Shown: piece by piece, positions 1-12,978 of the stretch | Position numbering within the stretch: the stretch's first letter is position 1 | How the letters are laid out: the number at the start of each line of letters is the position of its first letter | Source of the DNA: Malacoraja senta | Taxonomy: Eukaryota | Direction: 5' to 3' | Assembly (NCBI GenBank): GCA_038087875.1 | Contig: CM075994.1 | Coordinates: 8,310,001 to 8,374,000, forward strand | Length of the DNA stretch: 64,000 nt | Program-made: the position numbers and the translations under genes | The notes under the pieces: generated by a model | Told to the model about the DNA's origin: nothing | Seen by the model: the letters and a program-made list of their open reading frames with translations, nothing else | Databases searched by the model: none

Positions 1-487
1 GGGAATTCAGGGATAATTTCTTCCCAGATGTTTTCAGGCAACTGAACTATTCTATTGGGGGTACACAAAAATGCTGGCGAAACTCAGCGGGTGCAGCAGC
101 ATCTATGGAGCGAAGGAAATAGGCAACGTTTCGGGCCGAAACCCTTCTTCAGACTGAACTATTCTATTACGGACCAGAAAGCTAACCTAACATCTACCTC
201 TTTGGAGACCCTCTGACTAACTTTAATAGGACTTTATCAGACTTTATCTTGTACTAAACATTGTGCCTTTTATGCTTTATCTGTTCACTGTGGAGGCATG
301 ATTGTAATCATGTATAATCCTTTCTTTGACTGGATAGCACGGAACAAAAAGTTTTTGACTCTACCTTGGTACACGTGACAATATTAAACCAAACTAAACT
401 GTGTTCTCTATTCTATAGCTCTGGGATGTAAAGTTAGTTATTGCGTTGTACAGGTCAGCATAGTAAAGGCTGAAGTGGACCCGACAT

Positions 488-1493
488 GCACACATCTGTA
501 CTAATGCATGTACATATGTGTACTAATGCATGTACACATGAGCACTAATGCATGTACATATGTGTACTAATGCATGTACACATGAGCACTAATGCATGTA
601 CATATGTGTACTAATGCATGTACACATGAGCACTAATGCATATATACATGTGTACTAATGCATGTACACATGTGTACTAATGCATGTACACTTGAGTACT
701 AATGCATGTACACATGTGTGCTAATGTATGTACACATGTGTACTTCTTCTTCCTCGTGTCCAGCCATCTTCTATATCACGTCTTTCCGGTCGGTCAGTGA
801 CGGTTGGTACAGTTTCTGTCGTCAGCATTGCCCGGGATGCGCCACGTGGAGGCTTCTGCTTGCATCCCACATGTGTACTAATGCATGTACACATGTGTAC
901 TAATGCATGTACACATGTGTACTAATGCATGTACACATGAGCACTAATGCATGTACATATGTGTACTAATGCATGTACACATGAGCACTAATGCATGTAC
1001 ATATGTGTACTAATGCATGTACACATGAGCACTAATGCATATATACATGTGTACTAATGCATGTACACATGTGTACTAATGCATGTACACTTGAGTACTA
1101 ATGCATGTACACATGTGTGCTAATGTATGTACACATGTGTACTTCTTCTTCCTCGTGTCCAGCCATCTTCTATATCACGTCTTTCCGGTCGGTCAGTGAC
1201 AGTTGGTACAGTTTCTGTCGTCAGCATTGCCCGGGATGCGCCACGTGGAGGCTTCTGCTTGCATCCCACATGTGTACTAATACATGTACACATGTGTACT
1301 AATGCAAGTACACATGTGTACTAATGCATGTACACATGTGTACTAATGCATGTACACATGTGTACTAATACATGTACACATGAGCACTAATGCATGTACA
1401 CATGAGTACTAATGCATGTACACATGAGCACTAATGCATGTACACATGTGTACTAATGCATTTACACATGAGCACTAATGCATGTACACATGT
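488..1493. repeat. 22-bp minisatellite (ACTAATGCATGTACACATGTGT) with a 399-bp higher-order duplication
   Basis: Tandem unit visible directly. A ~125-bp non-satellite insert occurs at ~744-866 and again at ~1143-1265. The ORFs at 706 and 1105 are near-identical and offset by 399. Confidence 0.95.
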
Positions 1494-1555
1494 ATGGTAT
1501 TTGGGCCCCATGCAACTCTTCCTTTGATTGATTGATTGATACTTTATTATCACAT

Positions 1556-1842
1556 TATAGCGACACCGGACGTGTTGAATAAAGGTGAGACGTCAGGTCG
1601 GTTCAAAGAGTCGTTTATTCAGTGCTGACACGTTAGGTTGGTGCCGACTATCATAACAGTGTTGCTGTAGCTGAGCGAGGTTGTTCCCTCGGGCTCAGCT
1701 ACCGGTTGAACACCTAAGGTCTCGAGGTGAGATGACCTTAAGTACCAGGACACTCCCTCTAGCCCATGACGTCACGTGCCCGCCCTCGTACTTCCTGACG
1801 AGGGTTCGAGCATAAGTGGCCCGTGTATAGGCTGCCGCCACA
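1556..1842. mobile_element. Solo LTR (probably Gypsy-type)
   Basis: 4-bp TSD ACAT (1552-1555 and 1843-1846), imperfect inverted ends TATAGCGAC...GCCGCCACA, internal AATAAA; interrupts another repeat. Confidence 0.7.
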
Positions 1843-3021
1843 ACATGTGACATGTCACAGTGAAATTCTTTGTGTTGCTCACCATACACAATGTACGAAA
1901 AGAGTCGCCATGTACAGTGTGCCACCTACATTACAAAATAGTCCCTGGTAGCCCCTCATTGTTCTCTCATGGCCCCCCCACTCCGGGCCCCTCTTTGTTT
2001 TCTTGACTCCCCCACGCCGGAACCCTCTTTGCACTCAGTGGCGCATCATCAACCAACCTCTGGCACTCAACGCGGGTCCGTCCTCAGCCGCCCACCGCCG
2101 GATCCTCTCTTGGATGGCTCCGCCATACTTGCTGGGAGCTTCCGATGGCCCGCTTCACCCCTCAATGTCCGTCCTCACCCCTCCACGATCCTCTTCACCT
2201 GTCGACAGCCCACCTCACTTTCGGCGGTTGCTGGCGGGTCCCTCCTCGCTCTCGCGGCGCGGATCCTGTCAACGTCCACGGTAGGTGAGCTGTGCCTACC
2301 GGCTTCAGTCCGACTTCTGAGGCGGGTGAGCTAGGCCCACTGGAGGGGCTTGGCCCCCGCTTACCGGGAACACTCCCCGATAAGCTGCTCACCAGGATCT
2401 TTGTAACAAAGATTAATGTTCAGAGGATTATGTTTATGCCATACTAGATGTCAGGTCAAGAAGGCGAGTTGTCTCGCAACTGCTTCAACAGTGCCACCCA
2501 AACCTGCCACCAGCCAAGATACTTTCCAAGCTCTCTGTCATCTTGCATTGAATGTTTATTGCTACTGCTACACGGTTGATGGGCCAAAAATGCCCTACCT
2601 TACAGTGGTGTGGAAATATCTTCCCACACACAGCAGCACTTCAAGAAGACAGTTCACTGCTACCTTCTTCCATGGCAGTTAGAAGCACGTAATTAATTCC
2701 AGTGTCGCCGTGGCGATTGAATGCATTTAAAAAGTGCTGGCCCACAATTTACTGTATCATTGAAAGACCTGAGATCTGGATTCTGACATCTGGGCCCCAA
2801 TCCATTGTGTTCATCAACTGGTCACCTCTCATTCCTACCTGGACAATGTCTTCGCAGCAGTGCCTGCTGCCCATTCTCCCATGATGTATCCAAAAGATAG
2901 GCACAAAATGCTGGAGTAACTCAAAGGGAAAGGCAGCATCTCTGGATAGAAGGAATGGGTGACGTTTCGGGGCGAGACCCTTCTTCAGAATTTAGATGTT
3001 GGTTCAGCACAGCTGACACAG

Positions 3022-3326
3022 TTTAGTTTAGTTTAGCTTCAAGATACAGAGCGGAAACAGGCCCTTCGGCCCTCCAGGTCCACGCCGACCAGCGATCCCC
3101 GCATATTAACACTATCATACACACACTAGGGACATTTTTTACATTTACCAAGCCAAGTAACCTACATACAAGTACGTCTTTAGAATGTGGGAGGAAACCG
3201 AAGATCTCTGAGAAAACGCACGCAAACTCCGGACAGACAGCACCCGTAGTCGGGATAGATCCCGGGTTTCAGTCGCTGCATTCGCTGTAAGGCAGCAACT
3301 CTACCGCTGCGCCACCATGCCGCCGT
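3022..3326 (-). mobile_element. tRNA-derived SINE (HE1-like) with CR1-type tail
   Basis: Minus strand reads GGCATGGTGGCGCAGCGGTAGAG (A-box-like) ... GGGCCGAAGGGCCTGTTTCCGCTCTGTATC-(AAACT)n; same family as the copies at 13725, 19920, 24585 and 57255. Confidence 0.8.
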
Positions 3327-4009
3327 AGCTTGGTATTAAAGCATAAACATTGTTGGATAGTTTGGGAAACCCAATTTTGTCATCACTCTGAAGAATGCCA
3401 TCTGTACACATCCCACAATTGATTTGAAATCCAAACTCTGCAGAATTTCAGGGTGGGAATGTTTGACATGATGATCCATCGGTGGTTTCATTCCATGTGA
3501 CTAATTGGCAGCAATTTGCCAGAAGTTGAATAAACAGAACCTCTCACACAAAGGGCCAGCTGCAGTTTTACAGTACACTGCAGACAGCATCAGTGATTAA
3601 ACAAGCACTTGGAAGCCAGAGAGTGCAAAGCTTGGCACCATCAAGACTCAGAATCTATTTACATTAGAAGATATTCCCAACATTTGATAGGAACACCCAT
3701 GTGATCCTCTTGAAGTAATAATCCACTTGGCACAAATTCTTAAGGGGAGGTGAACGCTAGTGGGAGTGATTCTTTGCTAGCCGGCCTTCTCTTACACAGG
3801 CCTGATGATCAATATTTCACGTGCTTTATCCAAGCAGAATTCACAGGCAGAACTTTACAAACAACATTGGCTTGTGGTGATACATATCCCAGTGCCTAAT
3901 ACAATCACAGCCCAGCCCATGTACAATGCCACAAGTTATAGAAATTGACTAATTTTGAATTGGGTGCATCTATGCTTCTTGCAATATATAATCAACCTTT
4001 TATAACAAT

Positions 4010-4775
4010 TTGGGTGTCTGGCACTTGTTTGCCCTTCTGCCCTCAGGAAAGCGCTACAGGTCCATCAAAGCGCACACCACAAGACTAACAAACAGTTTCT
4101 ACCCTAAAGGGCCTGTCCCACTGTACGAGGTAATTCAAGAGTTCTCCCGAGTTTCCCCTGATTCGAACTCAGAGAATTACGGTAATAGCGGCTCGTAGGT
4201 ACCCGGGGCTCTCGTGGACATTTTTCAACATGTTGAGAAAACTTCACGAGCTTACCGCGTTTCCCGAGTACCTGCCTTTAGCGTTACCAGCCGCTAAGAG
4301 ACGTCCCGAGCTCCGACGTACCCGCTACGTACATTCTACGTACTTACCATGAGTTTGATTTTTTTTAAAACTCGGTAGAGCTCTTGGGTAAACTCGTATA
4401 TTGGGACAGGCCCTTAAGGCCGTCACCACACTGAACTCTCCCCATGGTCAATATTTATACTATACAATTTGTGCAATACTGATATATTCATTTATAATAT
4501 TTATTTTTAGAATACTATTCTCTGCAATATCTTACATTCTGACAATGACCTTCCTGAGTGCAATATCTTATATTCTGGTAAGGGTGCATACGTGGGCATT
4601 ATGTGTACACCTGTGTGAATCTGTGTGTATGTGTCACAGTATATGCATGTGAGTGTATGAACAATTTTTATTTTTCTCACTTTTTTGCTGTTATTTTAAT
4701 GTTATTTTTTATCTTGTACATTTGAGCCTGAATTTCGTTATATGCACCACTACAATGACAATAAAGTAATAAAGC
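4010..4775 (+). mobile_element. Rex/Babar-type non-LTR 3' fragment, split by a MITE
   Basis: LFALLPSGKRYRSIKAHTTRLTNSFYP|KAVTTLN is the typical Rex C-terminus and is restored on removing the MITE; 3' end ACAATGACAATAAAG. Confidence 0.75.
4108..4414. mobile_element. PIF/Harbinger-type MITE
   Basis: TIRs AGGGCCTGTCCCA...TGGGACAGGCCCT with a 3-bp TSD TAA (4105-4107 and 4415-4417). Confidence 0.85.
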
Positions 4776-5354
4776 AAAGTAATTACTTCCCTGCTATTGA
4801 CTTTAGGATCACAGTTCTGTCATTGCCAGGCTTTCCTATTGAAAAGGGGGACCGCATTTGTCATCCTCCAGTAATCTGGAACCATACTTGTGGCCAGTAA
4901 CGTAAAAAATCTCAGACAAAGCTGCAGAAATCTCTGTCCATGCCTCATATTGCAGATTGGGATAAATTGCATTCACTCTGTGAATTTATCCAGCTTTAAG
5001 CCTGCTCTTTATTGATGGAGACTTGTACCAGAATTTCATCTTCCCCTTTGTAGAATCCTCAGTCTACGGTCCTTTTCCTTTGTGAATACTGATCAAAATT
5101 ATTCATTTCTGGCCCGCCAATACCTCTGACTCCATGCATAAAATTCCCCTGTCTGAAGAATGGTCCCGAACCGAAATATCACCTATCCACTTTTTTCTAG
5201 AGATGCTGCCTGACTTGCCGCATTACTCCTGCATTTTTCTATCTATCTTTGGTATAAACCATTATCTGCAGTTCCTTTTTATTACATAAATTCTTTGTTG
5301 CCTCTATTGGGCCCCATTCTTTCCCTGGTTACTCTTTTGCCCTTAATATACCGA

Positions 5355-5975
5355 TTAAACCCTCTAGGCCTTTTTCTATGGCGAAGGAGTCCTCACTGCC
5401 CAGAGATGACCCCTGTCTCCAACATTTCTCCTCCTGGACTCTTCCTGCCAGCCTTCTACCATCTCTGGACATTTTTTTTTCGAACTTCTGTCAAGACATC
5501 AACCGTCTTGACTTCCCGACTCCCATTACCCAGTCCAATCTCCCCCCCTCCGAATGCACAGCCCTTCGCTTCCTTTGCAACAATCCCGACATTGTCATTA
5601 AACCCGCTGACAAAGGAGGTACTGCCTTAGTCTGGTGAGCTGACCTCTACCATGCTGAGGTCAGGCACCAACTCTCAGATGAGTGAAAGGGGGCCTAGAA
5701 ACTGAAAGTTATTAAAGAGTTGAAGGGCGTGTGAGGTGTTTTGGATGTACTGTAGGTGGGCAGGGATTGGCAAGGGAGGGAAGGATAGAATCAAGGTATG
5801 TGGAGATGAGTTCCGGGGGGCAGGAGCAGGCAGAAACAATGGGTCTGCCGGGACAGATCTGTTTGTGGATTTTGGGGAGGAGGAAGCAGCCGGCAATGAG
5901 GGGCTGGGAAATTATAACATTGGAGGCTATGGAGGGGAGATCGTGATGAAATCAGTGACTGTCTGGGAGATGATC
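5355..5975. mobile_element. Penelope-like element RT fragments in opposite orientations
   Basis: Plus: SNLPPSECTALRFLCNNPDIVIKPADKGG (PLE KPADKG motif). Minus: YIQNTSHALQLFNNFQF. Confidence 0.8.
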
Positions 5976-6585
5976 ATAAGATCATAAGTGGTAGGAGCAG
6001 ATTTGGGCCATCAAATCTACTTTGCCATTCAATCATGGCTGATCTATCTCTCCCTCCCAACCCCATTCTCCTGCCTTCTCCCCATAGCCTCTAACACATG
6101 CACTAATCAAGAATCTATCTATCTCTGCCTTAAAAATATCCACTGACTTGGCTTCCACAGCCTTCGGTGGCACAGAATTCCATAGATTCACCACCCACCA
6201 TGATGGCCTGGTGATTGTCAATGGGGTCATGGTCAAGGGATAGATATGAGGGGGTATCTGAGAGCTGGTGTCTGGCCTCAGCACGATACAGGTCTGAAGA
6301 AGGGTCTCAACCCGAAACGTCACCTACAGCTTTTCTCCAGAGATGCTGTCTGACCCGCTGTGTTGCTCCAGCATTTTGTGTTTATCTTCCTTGTCTACAT
6401 TGTCCCTGGCTCGCCTGAAAATTCTATAGCCTAGAATTCAATACTGAGCTGCTCGTTCTGCCCATCTTTTAACTATGTTTAATTATTCTTCTTATTGAGT
6501 CCACACACAAGATTAGAAGTTGTTCAGCCAGAGCTGAACACACTTCTCGGCATCTGCATACAATGGTGTCTGTCTTGAGCTTCTT

Positions 6586-7640
6586 GTAGGTATGTTACAA
6601 AACTTACCTTCAGCGGTGCTGCAGTTCTGCCACTGGCCGTGTGCGCGACTTTTGCGCCTTTGGGGGGGGGGGCGGGGTTAAAATGCGGTTTTCTCCTGCC
6701 TGACGGAGTTTTATTTTCTCGGGCTGCTAGCTAATGCTGAAGAATTGTTCCGACTGCCGTTCTGCGAAAAAAAATATTTTAACTGCGGGACAATTTCAGC
6801 GCTGGAGTAAAATAAAAATCCGCTTCTAATGCCATCAACGCCGACAACGGGACGGATTTCCCGTACGGGACAGCTAAAGGTAAGCTGTTTATTTTACATA
6901 TAAATGTGCTTCTTAGGATTACCTTAATCCACATTTTACGTTGCAAAAAGGTGATTTAGGCCCCATACGAACCGACAGCGTTTTTCCTGCCGATATGGGG
7001 TTTAAATTCACCGCAACTGCAACGTTCCAATTGATCGCGTTCCACAAAATCCCACTCGCAAGATGATTAAAATGGCCATTAATTTACGGGAATTAAACAC
7101 TAAATTCCTTCCATTTGGCCTATAAATTCATGACAATGAGATTTAAAAAATCATGTTATATTGTGAATTCTTGTGTGAATGTTATTTGGATACTTAGGCT
7201 ATTTAAAAATGTTCATCTTTTCTTAAGAAATGGATAGATGTTTAGATCTAGTAATTGAATTTTGTAATTTTACCTAATTGTAATTAGCTACGATTAGGTA
7301 ACTAACTAATTATATGCTTTAATTTCAGGTCATCCAAGTAAGATTGTTTCATATTTGTTTCAGAATGCTTCAATCTATAATAACTGATAATTTATTTCAG
7401 TTCTCTTAATTTTTAAGAAAGTTATGGGCTTTTGACTGTCCTCGATCACAGCTTTTGTGTTAAGTCAATGGAAAAGCAATAGGGAACAAGATGCAAGAGT
7501 ATGAAAATGGCCATAACTTTTTTAATACTGAAGATATGAAAGTGAATTAGGTGCCAAATTAAACTTCTTTTTATGCTTTATCTGATGAGATAAATTGCAG
7601 ACTTGATTTTTAAAATCTCAAAATGTTGTAACATTGCTAC
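6586..7640. mobile_element. ~1.05-kb non-autonomous DNA transposon, copy 1
   Basis: Ends GTAGGTATGTTACAA...TTGTAACATTGCTAC with a 5-bp TSD TTCTT; second copy at 47155-48201. Confidence 0.9.
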
Positions 7641-8223
7641 TTCTTGTGCTTCTTTAGTGTGGTGGTGGTAAGATTGGTGAAAACAGGGCCGCGACATGAA
7701 CGCTCTTTCCTTGACCCCACTATGTTTCAGTGATAGCAGCAAATATTACAATGCCATTTGTTAATTAAAACTTTGAATTAATCTTCCTTACAACAGGGGC
7801 CAGTGGATGAGTAAAACTGAATGCATCGGAGGAGAGGTGTCCTCTCTGGGCTTGCAGTCAGGTAACAATTCATAGCCCACAGATTAATCTGGATACGGTT
7901 CTGTGGCCACTCATGGCATATTTGGAATGAAGAAATTCCACTGATTTGGAATGAAGAAATAGCAATGCAATTTGTTTTAAATATATAATGGAGCATCAGG
8001 TCATTGTGGTAAGGTCTCTTGATTACAATTCCAGTGCTCCTCACACACTGAGGCACATAAAACACTACATTATAACAGTTGGACAAATGCTTATGAACAT
8101 CACACATGGTTTGATGTGACCTGTCATTATGCTTCCAGTCAGTGACGTAGCATTGTCTTGTGCCCTACACAGAAATGACCTGTGGGACGGAAGCAAGCAA
8201 ATTCGTCCTATCCACAAAAAGTA

Positions 8224-11200
8224 TTCACACCTGAAGATGGCAGCACACGTCTCCTCCTGTCTCTAACTGTGTCTGTTTGTTTTACAAATATGACTGAGTG
8301 ACTGAGTGAATTTTCTGTAAGTCATCTGCGAGCATTATCATTCCGTCGGGAAACCACGGAACGGATTTCTTATAGGACTCTCCCTGCACTAATGTGTGGC
8401 GTCGTTGGTTGAGGCGAAATAGTCTGGCTGCTTTTCTCCTCGATTTCGGGATCTCAACGTACAATGTCGCTGCTCGTGGCTGCTCTTTTCCTATTAATTT
8501 GGAGCGGCACCGGGGGAAGCCCCCACGGGACTGAAAACTTCTGTCCAGTCAACTTTACACCGGTTTTACCATGCCGGGGGACGTGCGCTTCTGGCAGTCC
8601 GCTGGGCATTAGTTTGTCACCTATGACTCTTCTGCCCCCCGCATCTATGGACTTGGCCCGTCTGGTCAGCTTGATGGCCTTACAAGACAACTTTATTATT
8701 CCTTCAAGTTGCCTTCGTGACTTTTATATTTTTAAAGATTATAAAAGACCATTTAAGCAAATCTATAAGGTCTGATTATAGGTGTATAAATGTTCTGTTG
8801 CTGCTGATTTCAGGGAATGTTCAACCTAACCCAGGCCCAGGCGCTGCTGAGTCTGCTGTTAATTTTAACACCCCTGCTGAATTTGAATCAAGGTCTGGAC
8901 TTGGTTTCATCCATTTGAATGTGCGCAGTATGATTGCAAAAATGGATATGATTCGTATCTGGGCTCATTCAACTGATGCTGATGTTATTGTCATATCTGA
9001 AACTTGGCTAAACAAAGCAGTTTTAAACAAGGATATTGACGGCTACAATGTGTATAGGACTGATCGACCCAAGAAGGGCGGAGGGGTCGCAGTCTATGTC
9101 AAATCTAAGTTTCATGTGAAGATCCGTCTCTCTACATCAGTGAGTAAGCAATTTGAACTTCTGGCTCTTGACATGGAAATCTCAAAAACTCTCCACATCA
9201 CTGTCGTCGGTTGCTATAGGGCACCTTCAGCTATCAGCTGCACCTTACCATCTTTAATGGAGCTTTTATCCGGGTTGAACTTTAATGAAATTGTCCTTAT
9301 TGGTGACCTAAACTGGAACTGGCTGCTACCAGCATCAGATGATTTTAAAGCATTTTGTGATTCGTTTAATTTCTTTCAGATTGTTGACAGTCCTACTAGA
9401 CCTAATCTGAAATGTCCGGAAAAATCTTCTTTAATTGATCTTATCTTAACTAATGTTCCTCATAAATATTCTGCTGCTTCTGTTTTTGCAAATGACATCA
9501 GTGACCACTGTATCATTGCAACAGTAAGAAATACAAAAGTTCCTAAAACCCAACCGCGTGTCATCATAAAGCGGGACATGAAACATTTTGTGGAGCAAGC
9601 ATTTTTTCATGACCTGTTTCTCTTTGGCTGGGAGAAAATTAATGTAATTCCTGATGTTGAAAATGCCTGGAAATTCTTTTATGATGGTTTTATTGAAATT
9701 GTTAACAAGCACGCTCCTTTTAGGAAGTATAGAATAAGGGGCAGGGATAATGCATGGTTCACGTCAGAGTTATCCATTTTACTCCATGAGCGCAATCTGG
9801 CATGGTCTAAAGCCAGGAGTACTGGTCTTGGATCAGACTGGTTGCTCTTTAGGCAGCTGCGAAATGCAAGCACAGTTGCAATTAGAAAAGCCAAAGCTGA
9901 TCATTTCCTTACTGAAACTTCAAATAACCTAAACAATCCGTTGAAATTCTGGAAAACCATTAAATCAATAACTGGAAATAAAAATGTTATTGAGCTACCT
10001 CCATGCATTGTCAAATACTCTACCCAAATTTATGAAAAGGCTGACATGCTTGGTTGTTTTAATGAGCATTTCATTGCCTCTGGTTCACTTTTCAACTCTC
10101 AAAACACAGCTCAGGGCTCCTCTGCTTGCTCTGATAGTAGTTGTTTTCTTGAGGGACAAGCCTTTACTTTTGACGCTGTTACACTTTCAGAGGTGCATAA
10201 GGCCCTGAGATGTTTAGACACAAAAAAATCGGCAGGTCCAGACAACCTTGAGCCTTACTTCCTAAAGTTAGCTGCTGATTTTATTGCATTGCCTCTGACT
10301 TATCTTTTTAATCTATCCCTGGAGACAAACAAAATTCCCCTTATTTGGAAATCTGCCTTTGTTCTCCCACTGTTAAAAGGGGGGGACCCCACTGTGCTAA
10401 ACAACTATAGGCCCATCTCCAAACTGTCTGTTTTAATTAAGGTGCTGGAATCCATTGTAAACCAGCAAATGAAGGACTTTTTTATCAACTAACAGTATTT
10501 TATCTGAATTTCAATCTGGTTTTAGGAAAAAATATAGTACGTCGATAGCTGCTTTAAAAGTAGTAAATGATTTTATTGAATTTTTAGACAATAAGCAACA
10601 CTGTGCAGCCCTTTTCGTTGACCTATCAAAGGCTTTCGATACTGTGGATCATGCCTTATTGTTACAAAGACTATGCAGCATCGGTTTGTCTGATCAAGCT
10701 GTCTGTTGGTTTAAAAACTATCTATCAGGCAGATCCCAGTGTGTGCGAGCAGAAGGTATTACTTCTAGCTCTCTTAATGTATCCAAGGGTGTGCCACAGG
10801 GATCGGTTCTAGGACCTTTATTATTTACTATTTATATTAATAGTCTAGATCATAAAGCTCCGAACGCAAATTTTCACTTTTATGCTGACGACACAGTGAT
10901 ATATTGCTCTGCGTCTACCCCAAATCAGGCTCTCTGTCAGCTCCAAACTGCTTTTAACACTGTGCAACGTAACCTGTGTGATTTAGAACTTGTTTTAAAT
11001 GCTGACAAGACAAAGCTCATGCTGTTCACTAAAGCTAAATTAAAGCCCTCGGACCTCCCTCCTATCACCACTTTGCAGGGCTCTGTGGTTGAATCTGTGT
11101 CTTAATATAAATATCTGGGAATTATAATTGAAGATTCTCTCTCTTTTAAACCTCATATCCAGCAACTTGTGTAAAAACTAAAGATAAAATTAGGTTTTTA

Positions 11201-11900
11201 CTTTAGAAACAAATCTTGTTTTTCTTTTGAAGCCAAAAAAAGACTTGTTGCTGCAACGTTTATGTCTGTGTTGGACTATGGTGATGTTTTATATATGAAT
11301 GCATCTTCAAAATGCCTACAGTCTTTGGACACGATCTACCACGGAGCACTGAGATTTGTTACTAATTTTACAACCCTCACGCACCACTGCTCTTTGTATG
11401 CTCAAGTTGGATGGTTTGCCCTGTCCACCCGCAGACTCCATCATTGGCATATTCTTATTTATAAGACTATCCTCGGTGTTCTTCCTTCACACCTGCAGAA
11501 GTATGTAATTCTAAAAAGCACAGGAACTTATCAGCTCCGCTCAGAGGACTTGTTCTTATTAACTGTACCTAAAGTCCGTACTGAACTGGGGAAAAGGGCA
11601 TTTAGTTATGATGCTCCCTTCGCGTGGAACCAGCTGCAGAATGAACTGAAACTTAAGGAGCTGGTTTCTATAAGCAGATTTAAATCCCTTCTTAATGATG
11701 TTGAATCGGGCTCTTCTGTCTGTACATGCTTTGTTTGATGATATTCTGACTGTGACTCTATTTATATGTTCTCTGTTGTTTTTAAATTATTGTCTGTAAC
11801 TGTGGAACTGTGCTGCTGCCTGTCTTGGCCAGGACTCTCTTGTAAAAGAGATTTTTTAATCTCAATGAGACTTCTCCTGGTTAAATAAAGGTTAAATAAA
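8224..11900 (+). mobile_element. Near full-length L2-clade LINE (single APE-RT ORF, few disablements)
   Basis: APE motifs (HLNVRS, ISETWL, GDLN, SDH), RT motifs (NYRPIS, DLSKAFDTVDH, GVPQGSVLGP, YADD) and an L2-type 3' tail CTCTTGTAAAAGAGAT...GGTTAAATAAAGGTTAAATAAA. Confidence 0.9.
8717..11738 (+). pseudogene. L2 ORF2 (endonuclease/reverse transcriptase), disrupted
   Basis: 591-aa open segment 8717-10492, frameshift near 10490, then segments 10644-11105 and 11262-11738 separated by stops. Confidence 0.85.
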
Positions 11901-11964
11901 GTGCCAACATATTTGTCACCAGGGCAATATCAACATTGACCCATCATATCTGGGTTAGGGGCAC

Positions 11965-12365
11965 TGGGCCTGTACTCGCTGGAGTTTAGAAGGATGAGAG
12001 GATGAACCTCATTCAAACCAACTGAAGGGTGAAAGGCCTGGATGGAGTGGATGTGGAGAGGATGTTTCCGCTAGTGGGAGAGTCTAGGACTAGAGGCCAC
12101 AGCCTCAGAATAAAATGACATACCTTTAAAAAGGAGATGATAAGAAATGTCTTTAATCAGAGGGTGGTGAATCTGTGGAATTCATTGCCACAGACTGCTG
12201 TGGAGGCTGTCAGTTGATATTTTTAAGGCGGTGATTGACAGAGTTTTGATTAGTACAGGTGTCAGGGCTTATGGGGAGAAGGCAGGGCTTATGGGGTTGA
12301 GAGGGAAAGATAGATCAGCCACGATTGAATGGCGGAGTAGACGTGATGGGCTGAATGGCCTTAGT
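11965..12365 (+). mobile_element. CR1 LINE 3' fragment
   Basis: Degenerate LGLYSLEFRR / RTRGHS / RVVNLWNSLP coding, then the CR1 3' UTR. Confidence 0.85.
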
Positions 12366-12864
12366 CTGCTCAAGCAACATGAACATATAAGGACAACACC
12401 CACTGAAGAAGGAGCAAAATGATTCCGTTTTTCTATCAAGAGACTTTTAGCATTCCAGTGAACTGTATTAAATAATCAGCTTTAGTGACATCTGTCTTGG
12501 CTTGTGCTGTGGTCATTTCAACTGATATGTTTTACAAATAAACTGGATCATGAGATTCCATTAAAGTCTTGCTCAAGTCAATGCCATCTAAAGACATAAG
12601 AGCCAAGAGTTTATCCAATTAATGTCTAATCTTGGCATTGATTATTAGTTTTCAACCAGATACCTGAGGTCTGGATTGTGAAAAGAGTTGTAAAAGATTT
12701 CATTTACCATTGTGTCAAATAAATGGACAATGATTTCACCATAATGAAGGCACTTAAAATGTGTACCTACCACAGAGATTAATGGCTTACTCTCCCATGC
12801 CCTCCGCATGGGGTCTGGTGATCCTAGTGTTCATCAGGAGGAAGGTACAGTGTTAGGGAGCATA

Positions 12865-12978
12865 TGGCCCACTGCTGTCTCCATGGCTGCTTTGGCCCAC
12901 TGCGGCCTCCATGGCTGCTTTGGCCCACTGCTGCGTCCATGGCTGCTTTGGCCCACTGCGGCCTCCATGGCTGCTTTG
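12865..12978. repeat. 28-bp tandem repeat, about 4 copies
   Basis: TGGCCCACTGCGGCCTCCATGGCTGCTT repeated. Confidence 0.9.

Noticed and set aside
706..1324. Duplicated 65-aa ORFs
   Set aside because: Products of the minisatellite and its duplicated insert.
7797..7861. Possible small exon (AG...GTAACA)
   Set aside because: Modest splice signals, no recognisable peptide; could be ancient LINE debris.
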